Source: Basidiobolus meristosporus CBS 931.73
Lineage: Eukaryota > Fungi > Basidiobolomycota
Assembly (NCBI GenBank): GCA_002104905.1
Contig: MCFE01000030.1
Span: 1 to 64,000, forward strand
Reading direction: 5' to 3'
DNA length: 64,000 nt
The notes beneath the pieces are model-generated. The model was not told the DNA's origin, made no database searches, and worked only from the letters and a program-made list of their open reading frames with translations. The position numbers were made by a program, and so were the translations under genes. This document shows, piece after piece, positions 50,164-62,875 of the stretch. Within the stretch, counting starts at the first letter, position 1; every line of letters starts with the position of its first letter.

Positions 50164-53100
50164 TTAAACCTCAATTTCCTCTTCGAGAGTTCCAAGGAAA
50201 TATTGCTTATGTCTGCTTTGTTGCTCCACCTCCTTTTCTACATCAAAAATCCAATGGTACTGTAGAATCAGATTTTTGACCAATGCCTGTTGTTGGCCAA
50301 GATTTGCCATGGAGGTGGCAAAGCAGAGCGGCCCCGGTGGTGGTCGAATTAAGGTGGGTCCAAACACAATGGCGAGATTCGAGGCATACATATGATTAAT
50401 ATCTTCGTAATCCGTAATCCTATGAATTAAATTCCAATTAGTAACGGGGTTTTAGATAGACCGGTGGGAGGGCTTTCGTTACATCTCTAGATGCTCAATT
50501 AATCTCTTGAGCAATATGTAGTTGGGCTTTGGAAGGGCTGAGACGAGGTTCTTGATTGTGATCAACCGAGTATCATAATCATCTATTACTAAAATTTGAG
50601 AAATATAATCTGTAAGCAGATGTGTCACTGAGATGAAATATCCCAACTCACCAGAGGCTGATATAAGGTCGTGGTAAAGGTCAAACGTAAGCACTGGTTC
50701 CGGTAGTTCTCGCAGCCACTGTTTTAAAACGCCTGATATTACATTTATATCTCTCCATTCTTCACTAGACAAATCAACTGTATGGCTGTCTAGTGATCAC
50801 ATCGTTTAGATATTGGTGGGTGGCCTACATGGCGAAAATGCTGCTATACTTACTTTCATTGAAGTCCCGTCGAAGTTGCTCGATCGCAGAGGCTGTTCCA
50901 GATATACGGTAGATTCCGACCTCATATAAACCTAACATGGCACAGGTCAGCAGTTATCAGAGCAATGGTTGTTAAAATGTGTATACCTCGCTCCTCAACC
51001 TCATGAAGGCATTTTTCAACCAATACCGGTAGTGTATAGGTGCCATCCTCATATTTCATCAATGAGGACAACTCAATTCCAAACACTATGTTACTGTTAG
51101 CCAAGAGTATGTTGGAGATTTGGTGCAAGATACACTACCAGACGATCTCCCTTTAGAAATTTCAGGTGTTTCCGATATCGCTTTCCCGATTTCAGAGTCT
51201 AGTGTTTGGTCTGCATTTTGATTGATCCTTTCTTTTCTGGCATCCTCCACCAAGACGGTAAATCTTCTAGCTGCTCCCTCTTTTGCTGCATCAGTAATGG
51301 CTTTGACCCAACTCAGCATATCTTGACGATCGATAGCTTGCAGCAGATACTGACACCCTTCCTCAGAAGTGATTTTAAAAACGTGGTCGCGTTTGGTGCG
51401 CGAGTTTTCAACTGCAATATTGCAATTGATTAGGTTGATGGCTAAGGATGGCTTCGCAATGGGAAATTGCGTCAGCAGGTTGGGTGCTGCATCATTCGAG
51501 GATGAAGAATGGTAATTCTTTGAGTGAGCAGTGGCTGGCGTGAACGAGATCGTAGGAAGTGACGCTGAGATATCGTCGGGTTGGGATGGATTGGATGAAT
51601 GAACGGATTTAAATAAATTCGTCATCTTTTCTAGTTCTTTGGTTTTGGCCTTACGCTGCTGTTGTTCCTTCATTCTCTTCTCTTTCAATCTGGCCTCCTC
51701 ATTCATCCTGCGTTGAATATCGAGCTGTTGATCACGCACCTCACGGTCCAGCTTTTCTCTCTCTCTTGAATCCCGTTTACGTTTCTCCTGCTCAGAATGT
51801 ATCAATTTTGAAAAGATCTTGCGATTTTGGGAGGTGCCGTTTATGTGTCCTCCTGACGGAATCTTGAATTTGGCGTTCTCTTTCACCGCATAATCTCTGA
51901 TAACACTTAGTTCTGGGTTGTTGGGTAGGATGTGCCGTGAGAGGAGAAATCTCATGCTCACAGAGGCCAAGGCATCCAATTTAGAGCAGGCTGTTGGCCA
52001 CTGAACAAATGATTGGATCAAATCGTATATCAACGTTCTCTTCTCGAAGTTGAGCATTCGCTTCGAAGAGAAGAGATGGTCGGGAATATGGTAGTACACG
52101 CTCAGTATGCCTTCGATGACCCATCCAATGCACGGAATGAGTCCAATATGCTTTACAGGTGATTTGTGATAATCCTTGGGCAATGGTGCCGTGGTGTTAT
52201 TCGACATCTGGTGATTCAAAAATGCTTGGATGGAATCGGTAGACTTTTCCAAGGTAGCTGCTGCATCGTTCCACGCCTTGATAAAAGCTCGACTTTCGGG
52301 AGCAATTAATCCACTGATGATGGCTCTTTCGACAAATGACGGAATTTTCATTTGTGATTTCACAGTATCAACAAGGAATTTGCTTTTGAACATTTCAAGT
52401 TTTTCGATTCCATGGCTGCTCATTTCGCCGTGGCATAGGGAGATCACGTTCAAAAATTTAACGATACGCGAGGAGCGCAATTCAGAATCGATCGCGAATG
52501 ACGTGACTTCGGCGATAACCCATTGCTTGATTGCTTCTCGTAAGTGATAGAATGAGGATATGTTTCCTGGAAGGGAGGACAGAAAATGTGTATTTACAGC
52601 GGGATTGGATATGTTAGTGGCTGCGGAACGACAGCTGTCGAGTACCATGTATATATCCGAAATGACTGTTTCATCATCGAGTGTAGATTGTATGTTCTTC
52701 TTTGGGTACCATGCCAAAGGGTTCACCAGCTGAGCCTCCAGGTCATTAATAGTATACACCCAGTCCTGAGGTGTGACTCGCCCTGCAAGTTCCAATGCAC
52801 ATTCGTTCAGAGCAAGCAGCAATTGCTCTGGAGAAATATCATCTATGCTTGGGATGGATACATCAACATTCTCTGTGGCGGGACTATCGAAATCTTTATC
52901 AACCAGGCTAGGTGAAAAGCCAAGTATCATCTCAAAAGGATCAGTAGCTTGAGAAGGCGCCGGTAGTGTTTCAGCATTCTTCTGCAAGCGAGACTCGGAG
53001 ATTTTATACTGGTTGAGTATAGTGATGGGAATGAGTGAAGAAAAGGTCAAATAATTCAATATTCTTTTCACTTGCTCTTCGACCTCTGATATCGGTTGGC

Positions 53101-56100
53101 TGGACTCTAGGCCGTGTCGTGTACAATTACCCTCATCTTCGAGGATTTCGTTGAAGAATACACCAATGTTCTCTTTGAGTTCCAAGCTATCAATGAAATC
53201 ATGAAGATGATTCCTTATCCAATATTCGATGACTTTCATGACGCTGGCTCTGATATCAGGTCTGGATTCGATATGTGATTGAATATCCGATATCGGTGAC
53301 ATTGGATCATTTTCACTATCCACGTATTTTCGATGAAGCTTGGTTAGAAGATCCCCGGGGTTCAAGAAGCTTCGGAAAGTCATGAAGAAATATGACAGAT
53401 ACTCCTGCTCATCGAAGATCACCTCTTCGCTCTCGTCGAAAATAAAATTCTCTCCAGACGAATCAACTAGAGGAAGCTCCCTTGTATTAATCCCAAAGAG
53501 CAAAATGTCGATAAGACGATCTACTAAGCCACCTTTGATGACCAACTTGAAGGTGTTTCGGTCATTATTTGCCTGGATTTGGTAAATCGTAAATATCAAC
53601 TCCCCACCGTTTGTAAGTAAAAAGCACTCTTGTCGGTCTAGACACTCTGGAGTATTTTGGGTGCATAGAACAGATGCATTTCCGTTAGACTTTTGAATCA
53701 ATCCCCACCAGCTGCTCTTGTCTGAATCTAAGCTCTTTGACAACTGTTTAGAAGGCATCGATTGTGCTCGTTTCCGGGCCAGCTGAGAGGCTGAAGAGAT
53801 ACCCTTGAAGAAAGTCGAGGAGGTATCTACTCCGTGACGTGCAGATATATTCAAACTAGGTCTGCCGTTCAAGGTGGGCTGGCACTCTTTGTCGCGACTC
53901 GCCAGATTAGACTCGAATGGTTCGACACAAGCCAGCATTTGCAAAAACGTTGTGTGCTCGGAAAAAACGGGAATGAAATCCAGGGGAAAGTGTCCAGCTG
54001 GGTTAGGAACACCTAATCTACCGCCGTTTTCTTGCAAATAACGAATATTGATCGAAGGCTCACAATCCAGAGAGGCAGAAAATTCCTGGGCAAAATCGAA
54101 GTCCACCGCCATATCATCCGCAAGGAGAAGATGCTCAAAATAGTCCTGTAGCAATGGGGTGCCGGATAGGGTGTCTTTCATTCTGCAATTTCGAACGAAA
54201 TGGCTCCATGACGATTGTGTGTATTTGATGATTTCATATATATCCTGATACTTTCGGAAATTGATTGTTGAAGTTCCCAGAATTAATGACGGCACAGCCT
54301 TGTTGATTCTATCCAAAATAACGAGAATCCCGCCAAAGTATGGGATAACGTGTGCAGAGCTAGGGCTTGAAGCAAGCTCAGACATTACTGCTTTGGTATC
54401 CGGAACGATTGGTATCTCAGAAGGATATAGCCCACTCTCAAACAAGGCGGGGGCCCATTCATGTACAACCTTGTGGTATGTGCGCCTATCTACACTCTTC
54501 CAGGTTTCACGCAACCTGACAACAATGGGAGAGCATACTGCAAGGGCGATTGCAACCCAAGATGCCATATCACCCAAGAGTCTACAAGCCTCAGCAACTC
54601 GAACCCAATGAGTCAATATGGTACTACGGCGTGCGGGATGCATCGAGTGAGCGTTGGTGACCAGGTGGCTATAGACCAGCTTGGTGAGGAAATGCGGTTC
54701 AGAGACTGTGAACAAGAAGACATTTGCTATGCACAGTGACGGCTTTTCCTGGCTACTCGCACTATCCAAATTAGGAAGAAGCTTCTTCAGTGAAAGTGTT
54801 TGAGAATCCACCCGAGATTTGCAACGAGTATGAAACACGTAAAGCTCTTGAGCAAAATCTTCTGGCGATATTTTCAGGAAGATTGTGGGAGAGAGGCCTG
54901 ATCTTTTCAAGGTGGCAAAATCTTGAGTAAGATGATTGAGATGGTTTCCTTCGAGTGCGACTGGCAGATTTATGCATAGTGAATCTCGCAAACTTAGGGA
55001 ATCGGATTTACGCGTGAGAGGGTGAAGTATACTTTTGAACTGCTCCGAGGCGAATTTGGGATTTTTCGAAAGCAGGTCATCTGCAATGTTCTCAATTAGT
55101 TGAATGGTTTCTTGATCGATGCTGAAATTAAATTCGGTGATCCATAGAGTGATGATTTCCTCGAGCCTCTCCAACACTGTATATTCAGCACTGGCTACTG
55201 ATTCTTCAGGAGCGCCCATCATAGCACATCTCTTGAGCTCTTTGGCAAAATGAACTGGAGTTGCAAAGCAGGTGAAAGTGGTTAGGAATGCGTTGGTAAA
55301 CTGACTACTGCTGTAAAAGTTGGATTCCTGGCTTTCCACATTTTGAAACAACAGCTCATGGATAAGTGAATCCACCGATCCACCGATTACTTCCTTGATT
55401 TTCGACTGTTCACTGGATTCCTCTGAAGTCGTTAGCAGATCTGGATGTATCTTGGTACCCCAATATAGACGTTGGCGAATTACTGGGTCACTCTTTTGGG
55501 AACGCAGCTTTGATTCATCTCGTAGGTGCAAGCTGGTGCTACTTAAATTCATTCGGCTAAGGTTGAAGCTGGAGTTTAATTGATCTTCACTTCTTCTTAG
55601 TTTGGCCGACTTCCGAGAATATGCCGATTTTGCGATATTGAATTTGCTAAGCCAAGTCTGTTGTACATCATCCTTAGCAACAAACAATCGCTTCGCAGCA
55701 TTGGGCCCACCAACGAAGATCTGCATTGCCTGTATACCATTCCCTGAATAGTCAAGATCAATAGAAGTGATCGAGTTGTTTGATTGAGAGAAGATGGTTG
55801 CCCTGCTAGAATTATATGGCAGTTTGGGATTTGCACGGGTAAATGAAGTTGAAGACGCTTCGATAATGTCGACTAGATCCAATGGATAGGTTGTCCCGTG
55901 TTTCCATTTAGTGTAGTACCCTTTGCCGGACTGAGAAGTGTTCTCATCATCTTGAAGAAATGTATCGTACGAAATAGCACCGCTACCAAGACGAAAGGCG
56001 CCATTTACAGCGTCGAATATACTGTTTCGGTGGTTCTTCACCCATTTCCTTTTACAAATCATCAAGATGTCGTCAAATATCAAGAGACATACGTATCTTT

Positions 56101-57073
56101 TGAAACGAAAATTGACCGGGTCCACCTCTGTAAAGCACTCCCCAAAGTAGTATCGAGATGCGAGTGGAGTGCTGGCATTATTGTATACGGGTCTAAAAAA
56201 TGGATCATTAGCAGCATCAGATAACGGTTCGAATATCAAAGCGCGCGTAGGAGCAGTAAATGAGGCACTAGTGAGCTTCAGCCCTTTACTCCCATGAAAC
56301 GAAGGGCGCGTTTTCTTAGGGATGATTTCTATTGATTCGGAAGCAACAGTGAGCGGACGACCTTTTCTTGATAAAGGGAACATGCTCTTGATCTCATTTT
56401 CAGTTGGAGGCTTATAAAAATAAAGCTTCGCTCCTTTCAAGACTACACGATATACTTTCCACCCACGCCCTAGGCCAATTGTAGGTCCTTGATAGGAATC
56501 GGCCTTTTTGTTAAGGTATCCTTCTTTAAGTATGGTACTACTGGCTATACTGTCTCGAGGGCTATTGCAGGAGCTTCTTGTCTCTATGTTCACCATACTT
56601 GTGGATGTTGAACGTGGTCGTGAGGAGCGCGGAATACTCAAAGTTGAGGTAGGCCTAGAACCATCAGTTTCAAGGATTTGTGATAGGCTTTGAGAGAGAC
56701 TTTGACTTGCTGGTGAGCCCGTGAAAGTACCACTTATGTATTCAACTGAAGAGGTAAAAACATCCGGTGAGTTAACCTGTAGGCTGTTTATGGAAACAGT
56801 GGTATTCAGATCCATGATGACAGGCTTGATTGAAGTGCGGGTGTTCTCTACCGCTCTGGCTGTACCAGCCTTTTTTTCGGAGGCTGTAGAACGTGATCTT
56901 CCAAACAGAGCATTGAAAGCATTTGTTAAAGTGCTTTTGGTTTGTGAAGTTGCATTCGTTTTGGTGCTAGCTTTGGAGCCATTTGTCTTGTCGGTTGTTA
57001 CGGAAGTGGATACGTCGAGACCTGCCTCAGAATTGCGCGAACTTCCCTTGTTTTTACTTTTTGATATCTTCAT
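50164..57073 (-). CDS. Large BEM2-like PH / tandem RasGEF / PH / RhoGAP protein (~6-kb first exon plus short RhoGAP exons)
   Basis: N-terminal PH (LKEGYLNKK..WKVYRVVLKG..LYFYK), two REM-CDC25-like modules (IGGSVDSLI..; IKGGLVDRLI..), a late PH (KRDHVFKI..MLSWVKAI), and RhoGAP (GIYRISG..GVLKQWLRELPEP..MYASNLAIVFGPTL). Confidence 0.88.
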
Positions 57074-58622
57074 TGATACGCAACACAAGCTTTGGGATGT
57101 TTGCTAGACGAATCCCGAAACAAAACTACTTTTAGCGAATTTAGTTCTCAGAAGTATTGAACAAGAACAAAACCATAAAATACTAAGTGGGGTGGAGGCA
57201 ATATAAGTCAAGTCGCACTATCTCGAACAAAAAGGATAACCTAAAACAAATTGGATATAGAAGAAAATGTTGAATTGATATACTATTTGATATCCAGTTG
57301 AACAACGTAATTAGATGGACTGGTCACTGATCACAAATGATTCAGTTCAGCTTTGTGAAAGAATGTACAGATGACTTGATAGGACTGTTTCAAGGTGAGA
57401 TACTGATATCCCTGCAAATACCACCACCTATTCAAATATAAGAGGTTGATTGACCATTATTTAAAGTTTAATGCAAGTGAATATTCAAAATTTTGTTCCC
57501 CTCAAGCTCATTCGGAGAAACATTCACTCTTGGCCTCCTCCTACTAAAAACAAAGCGATAGTGCTGAGTTTCGATGGTTACCAAGATATTATTAGTCTGG
57601 AATTTCAAGTGGACAAGCTTGGCGAGCAGGTTCCACTCATGTAAATAGGGATTTCGAAGGATCTGATGTAGTGCAGAGTAACACTGGAATAAATGATATA
57701 AATTGGATGCACTAATTAGGAAATAACCTTGACTCACGTGCTTGGGCCAATGTACGAGAAAATACGCAGGAAGGTATCAAACAATGAGCTTGACCTTCAG
57801 TTTTCAAATTAAAAGATGTGCTCAAATATTACAGGTTTGGATATAGCTATGGAATATGAGTTCGTTGAAGCAAGAAAAACCTCATCTAGATAATGTGAAC
57901 GCCTATGAATTAGGGGAACCAAACGCCTAACAGAGAAGATATCAGCCTGACTTTTACATAGTGACCGTAGTGACGATCCCGAAAATGACAGTCACACTTT
58001 GACTTCATAAGTTTATACTGCTCTAACAATGGACGCTCTTTGTGCACCAATCAGAATCTCATCACAAATATTGATAATTTGTTCTTGGGATAGCCTAAAT
58101 AGGAGGTTATCGAAATCAATCTGAAAGATTTGATGCACATACACTTCGTTCGAGTGTAAGGCGAACAGCATTAGAGATATGGCTATTGAAGATGCCATAC
58201 TCTTCGGAAATTGAGTACGTGCGTACTAAGAAAGGACTCTTGAAAATTTCCTAAGGCAATTTCTAATCTTCAGTATCATCATTTACTATTGATAGTGTTG
58301 AAGTAGGAAATACCAAGCACTGGGCCATGAGTCATTCACGTGACATAGCCCCATGTAATACCTGACCGAGAAATCAGATTAGTTTTATGGCCAATGAAGT
58401 TTACCCAGTATGATCATCGAATGCAACCCCGAAATTATCCTGATTATGTGTGGAGTACTATGTAGCTCTGCAATTTCTGATTCATCAGAAACATTACAAA
58501 TCGGTATTCTAATCACGATTCTTCAGGTAATTTTTATTTTGCCCATCGAGCTTTGATCGAAATTATCTTAAAAGGTGCGCAGTGAAAGAGGCCTGTAATT
58601 GTCCAACGTCTTTACAATTCAC

Positions 58623-60164
58623 ATGGCGACATCAGTTAATGTACGTATTTTCATGTATTGATTTGAATTGAAATTATTCTTTGACTAGACCATATCAAAC
58701 TAATCAAAACACTTTGGTACACAGAAGCCCGTAGCCCTGTTGAAGGGTCATAAAGATGCTATTTTATCTATTGATATTTCTGACAACTTTCTGAACAAAG
58801 GCTCTTTCCTTGCTACCGGATCAGGTTAGATCTCTAGGAACATCAACCTTAACACAATATGCTCATTTTACCTAGAGGATACAACGGCACGCATTTGGGA
58901 TTTAAAGACAAACAGAGTAGTCTGGGGATTTAAAGGCTTTGAAGATGCTGTAAATTTAGTTTGATATTGAATCTTTGATAGGATTGACATATAACTACTG
59001 TCTAAACACTAGATTACTAGCGTAAAATTCGCATCCAACACGTGCCCGTACCAATTCTTTGTTTCTTCCAGCAACAAAGTCTACGGATATGACCTTCGGA
59101 ACACGGAGAGCCCTATTATTACAAAATCGTCTGTAATCTATGAAACGAACGAAGAGGAGATTAATCAGGTACTTGCACATATTAGCTTTCAGGGATACTC
59201 TCTTTAACTCAATGATACTATTGAAAGATAGCTATTAATGAAAAATCCACACTACTTGCTACTTGTGATGATAATGGTGAAGTCAAAGTCACCGACATAT
59301 CCACCCAAAAGCCAGTCAAACGTTTCCGCCAGTGCCACGACAATGTAACTTGTTTAGTTGATCGCAGTACTGATATCATGTTGTATTGATTGTCTTCGAT
59401 ACCGTTAGATTGCTATGTCTGTTAGTTTCCGTCCCAAAAAGCCGTGGGAAGGTAATCTTGAAGTTTCCGGTTGAAATTATTCTGGCTAAATCATCTTTCA
59501 GTGTTTTCAGGTGGACTGGATAGTCAGTTAATACAGTGGGATTTTTCCCGCGGAGCGCCAATTCAAGTATTTAATATGAGTAAGTATTATCAATATTCTT
59601 CTAACCAGCATGATATTGATGGCACTCTGTCCTCTAGCTGAAGATGTTGATCAGCAACAATCCAATCAGTTGGTAAACCCACCTTTCGTCAATTCCGTAA
59701 CGGTATCTCCTGATGGAAAGATAGTTGCTTCCGCTCTGGGTGATGGAACCATCCAGATATTAGCTGCTGGGCCCAAAGGCAAAAACAGAGGAAAGGCTAG
59801 CTGGAACAAAGGCCGTCTTTATGGAGGACATAGCTACTCAGTGGCTCAAGTGTAATTTCTTTTATGTATCCCATACACTTGGAAAGATCGTCAGCTTACT
59901 TTTGTCATATGTAGTAAATTTAACCCAGCCGGTGATAAGCTTGCTTCAGCTGGAAATGAAGGGATGATAACTCTTTGGGATACCTCAAACCTTGTTGAGA
60001 AGCTAACAAATGACACTGCCGAAGATTTATGTCCTATCATAACTCAATTTCAGCCTGAACCTTTTGATAAGATCAACTCATTGGCTTTTATTGATCAACT
60101 CTATGTGGCCGGAACTGGAGCTTCACCAGAAGCCCATGGCGCCATAGCCATATACAATATATAA
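58623..60164 (+). CDS. WD40-repeat protein, WDR53-like (multi-exon)
   Basis: LKGHKDAILS..ATGS/EDTTARIWD, NEEEINQ, LLATCDDNGEVKV, SGGLDSQLIQWDFSRG, LVNPPFVNS and GGHSYSVAQV. Confidence 0.8.
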
Positions 60165-60366
60165 GCCTAGAAAGATATGGTATTCATATAATTGTCGTTT
60201 AGACCCAAGAACCTGTTGGGCAAGGTGTACGTAGCTCCCACATGCCATACTTCCTGGATTTTTTTGAATGGTATACATAAACGATTTATTGTTTTGCAAC
60301 ATTCAGGTATATACGAAGAAAATCAGAAGGTACATTAACTGATCTGAAGGGGTTTTGTCAATTTTT

Positions 60367-62875
60367 CTAATGACCAATAGTCAAATACAACCCATAGCCG
60401 ATTGTTACTATAATCAACAAAACTAAGCAAGAGGCTGGGATTCCATTCTTCAAGAAATCTTTGTTAGAGAGATAACGGACACCTACTTCGCTCTCGTGCA
60501 TGGCGGCAATCATATTAGAGAATCCAGAGATTGGTAACCCCATGGCACCAGAGCACATTAGAGTAGCGCTCTAAATTGAAAGAAAGTGAGATTTTGAGTT
60601 AATTTGAAGCGAAACTTCGATGACTATACCATGGTCAGAAGGCGAAGATGAGCACTAGGTAGGGTATTTTTCATGTTGGTGACTAATGGCAAAATGACCA
60701 ATGCACCAACCGAGTGAGAAAAGAATGTAGACATCACAAGGATTGCAGAACAAGTTATAACAAGGGCATTCCAGGGAGATAGATCCTCAATCACAGCACA
60801 AAGATATTGAGCAACTGCATGCAAGAGGCCAGATGATTCTACCGCTTCACCCAGCGTTATTCCTCCCATAGCTAGTATGACAACAGTCCATAAAAAATTG
60901 TTGAAATCCTCCTTGATTAGTAACCCAGATCCGAAAAATACGATCATTGGAATAATTGCGATGACACCCGGATCACCCACCATCGACGCTAGCTGAGACT
61001 CAACGCACAAGAAGATTAAAGTCAACAGAGTAACAAAAATTATGAATAGTTGCTTTCGTGAAAAGGCCTTGCGATCATTCGTGGTCAAGTAGTTTGGTAT
61101 ATGAGATGCTGGTTTGCAATTCCATAGCAGCAGTCTCCATACCGCCAAGTCACTAACCACACAAATCGGGAGAGTAATGCTATACCATTGAGTCCATGAA
61201 GAACGTGGTTGAATAATATCGATAGCAGTGGTATTTTCAAGTGAGCTTGTCAGTGATGCCATCCCACCTATATTCGACGCAAACGTAATCCCCATAATTA
61301 AACAGCGAGCGAAAGGGCTATTAGGTGGAAGCGTTCGCAAGATCGGCTGGATCAAAGAAAAGCAGAGGACTGGGCCCACTACATTCCCAACCCATATACT
61401 TGCTAAGGTGGCAACAGTCATACATATCAGTAATACTGTGCTGAACCTAGTGCCAATTTTAGAAAATGCCCAGGTAGTCATTATGTCGGCAACGTTGTAT
61501 TTGCCAAGTGCAGTGGTGATTGAAAAACTGCCCAATAATAGCATAATTACTGGGGCAAACATCGAAGCCAAAATACGTTGAGAAGCTTGTTGTGCCGTAA
61601 GTCGATTAAACAACCCATCATCAGACCGCAATACTCGGAGAAACACAGCCATCATCGGCACAAGAAGTGCAGTCACAAAAAGGGGTATAACCTGGGCAAT
61701 AATGAGTTTTCTGTACCGTACCATAATAAACAAAAATAATACCTCAGTTGCCCACGCAAGAGAAACAAAAACTAGCATGGCAAAACAGTTTTGTTGCTCA
61801 GAAGTATCAAAAATCTTCGCATAAACCAGAATAACAAGCACAACTAGACATGCGAGTATACCCAAGAGGCTAGCAGGGATTAATAGAGGAGATATCATCC
61901 CTTCCCAACTTCTACCGACAATTTCTTGAGTGGATTCCTGAAGCATACCGGCAGCTTCGACTTTTCTTTCCATACCTACTAACACTCTCCGAAATACGTT
62001 TCTTTTCCAAGCAAACTGCCTGCGGGAATATGATTTCAATTCCAACTCGGCGCCATCTATGTTACCATCATAAAATATGGTAGCAAAAGCACGCCCGTCA
62101 TAACTTGGCATATGGAGCGAGCTGTGTAGATATAGGCCAAAGAAACTAAAGCGCGTTTTCGCATCTCCGGAATACTGTCTGTTGGGTTGAAAAATACGAT
62201 TGACTACTCGAGATACTTTAGCGTTGTCAGGCACACCAAGCTGCTGTATATCGTTGCCAGTAATCTTTTCAAATTCTTCGAGTACCTTATTCATTACGAT
62301 GTGGTTTAGAGAAACAAATTTCTCGAGCTCTACGAATTTTGCGTAGCGATCTAGAAGACAAGTACGAATTCTTCGAGCTTTATCAGATGGTAGATCAGAC
62401 CAATTATAGCCTTGTCTAGCAACTTCCTTCCCCTTGTTTGAGATTGTTGGCCTCATTCCTGGAATGGAATTCGTTGAAAATATACTCATTGGGCCAAAGA
62501 GCGGTATAGCCTCGAATGGACCGATCTCAGACAGTAATTGTATTAGTTTTTCACTCAAAGAGGCTTTTGCTTTTTCATAGTAAATCATTGTTTTGATAAG
62601 TTCTGATCCTAATACAGAGGTAAAGATGTTGGTGGCCCTTGTAGTATCACTGATCAGACTTGCGGTTTCCAAGTCTCGAATAGTAGCATCTTGCGAAGCA
62701 ACTTCCTGCAACTGATCGAGAAGTGCTGTCAAATCAGAGTATCTAGCATTAGAAGCATAAAGGATAGTGTTAGAATTAGAAGGTGATATATGAATTATTT
62801 GGAGCACAAATACGCCAAGTAGTGGTCTTGCCAGTCTGCTATAGAACAGAATTGCAACGAACTAGAAAATTCCAT
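60367..62875 (-). CDS. SPX-domain DASS/CitMHS-family phosphate-transporter homolog (PHO87/PHO90/PHO91-like), divergent
   Basis: MEFSSSLQFCSIADWQDHYLA/YSDL (SPX start), AWKRNVFRRVLVGMERK, IPLFVTALLVP, ASNIGGMAS and CSGAMGLPISGF, with many TM helices. Introns lie after codon 21, at 61692-61742 and before the last exon. Confidence 0.9.
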
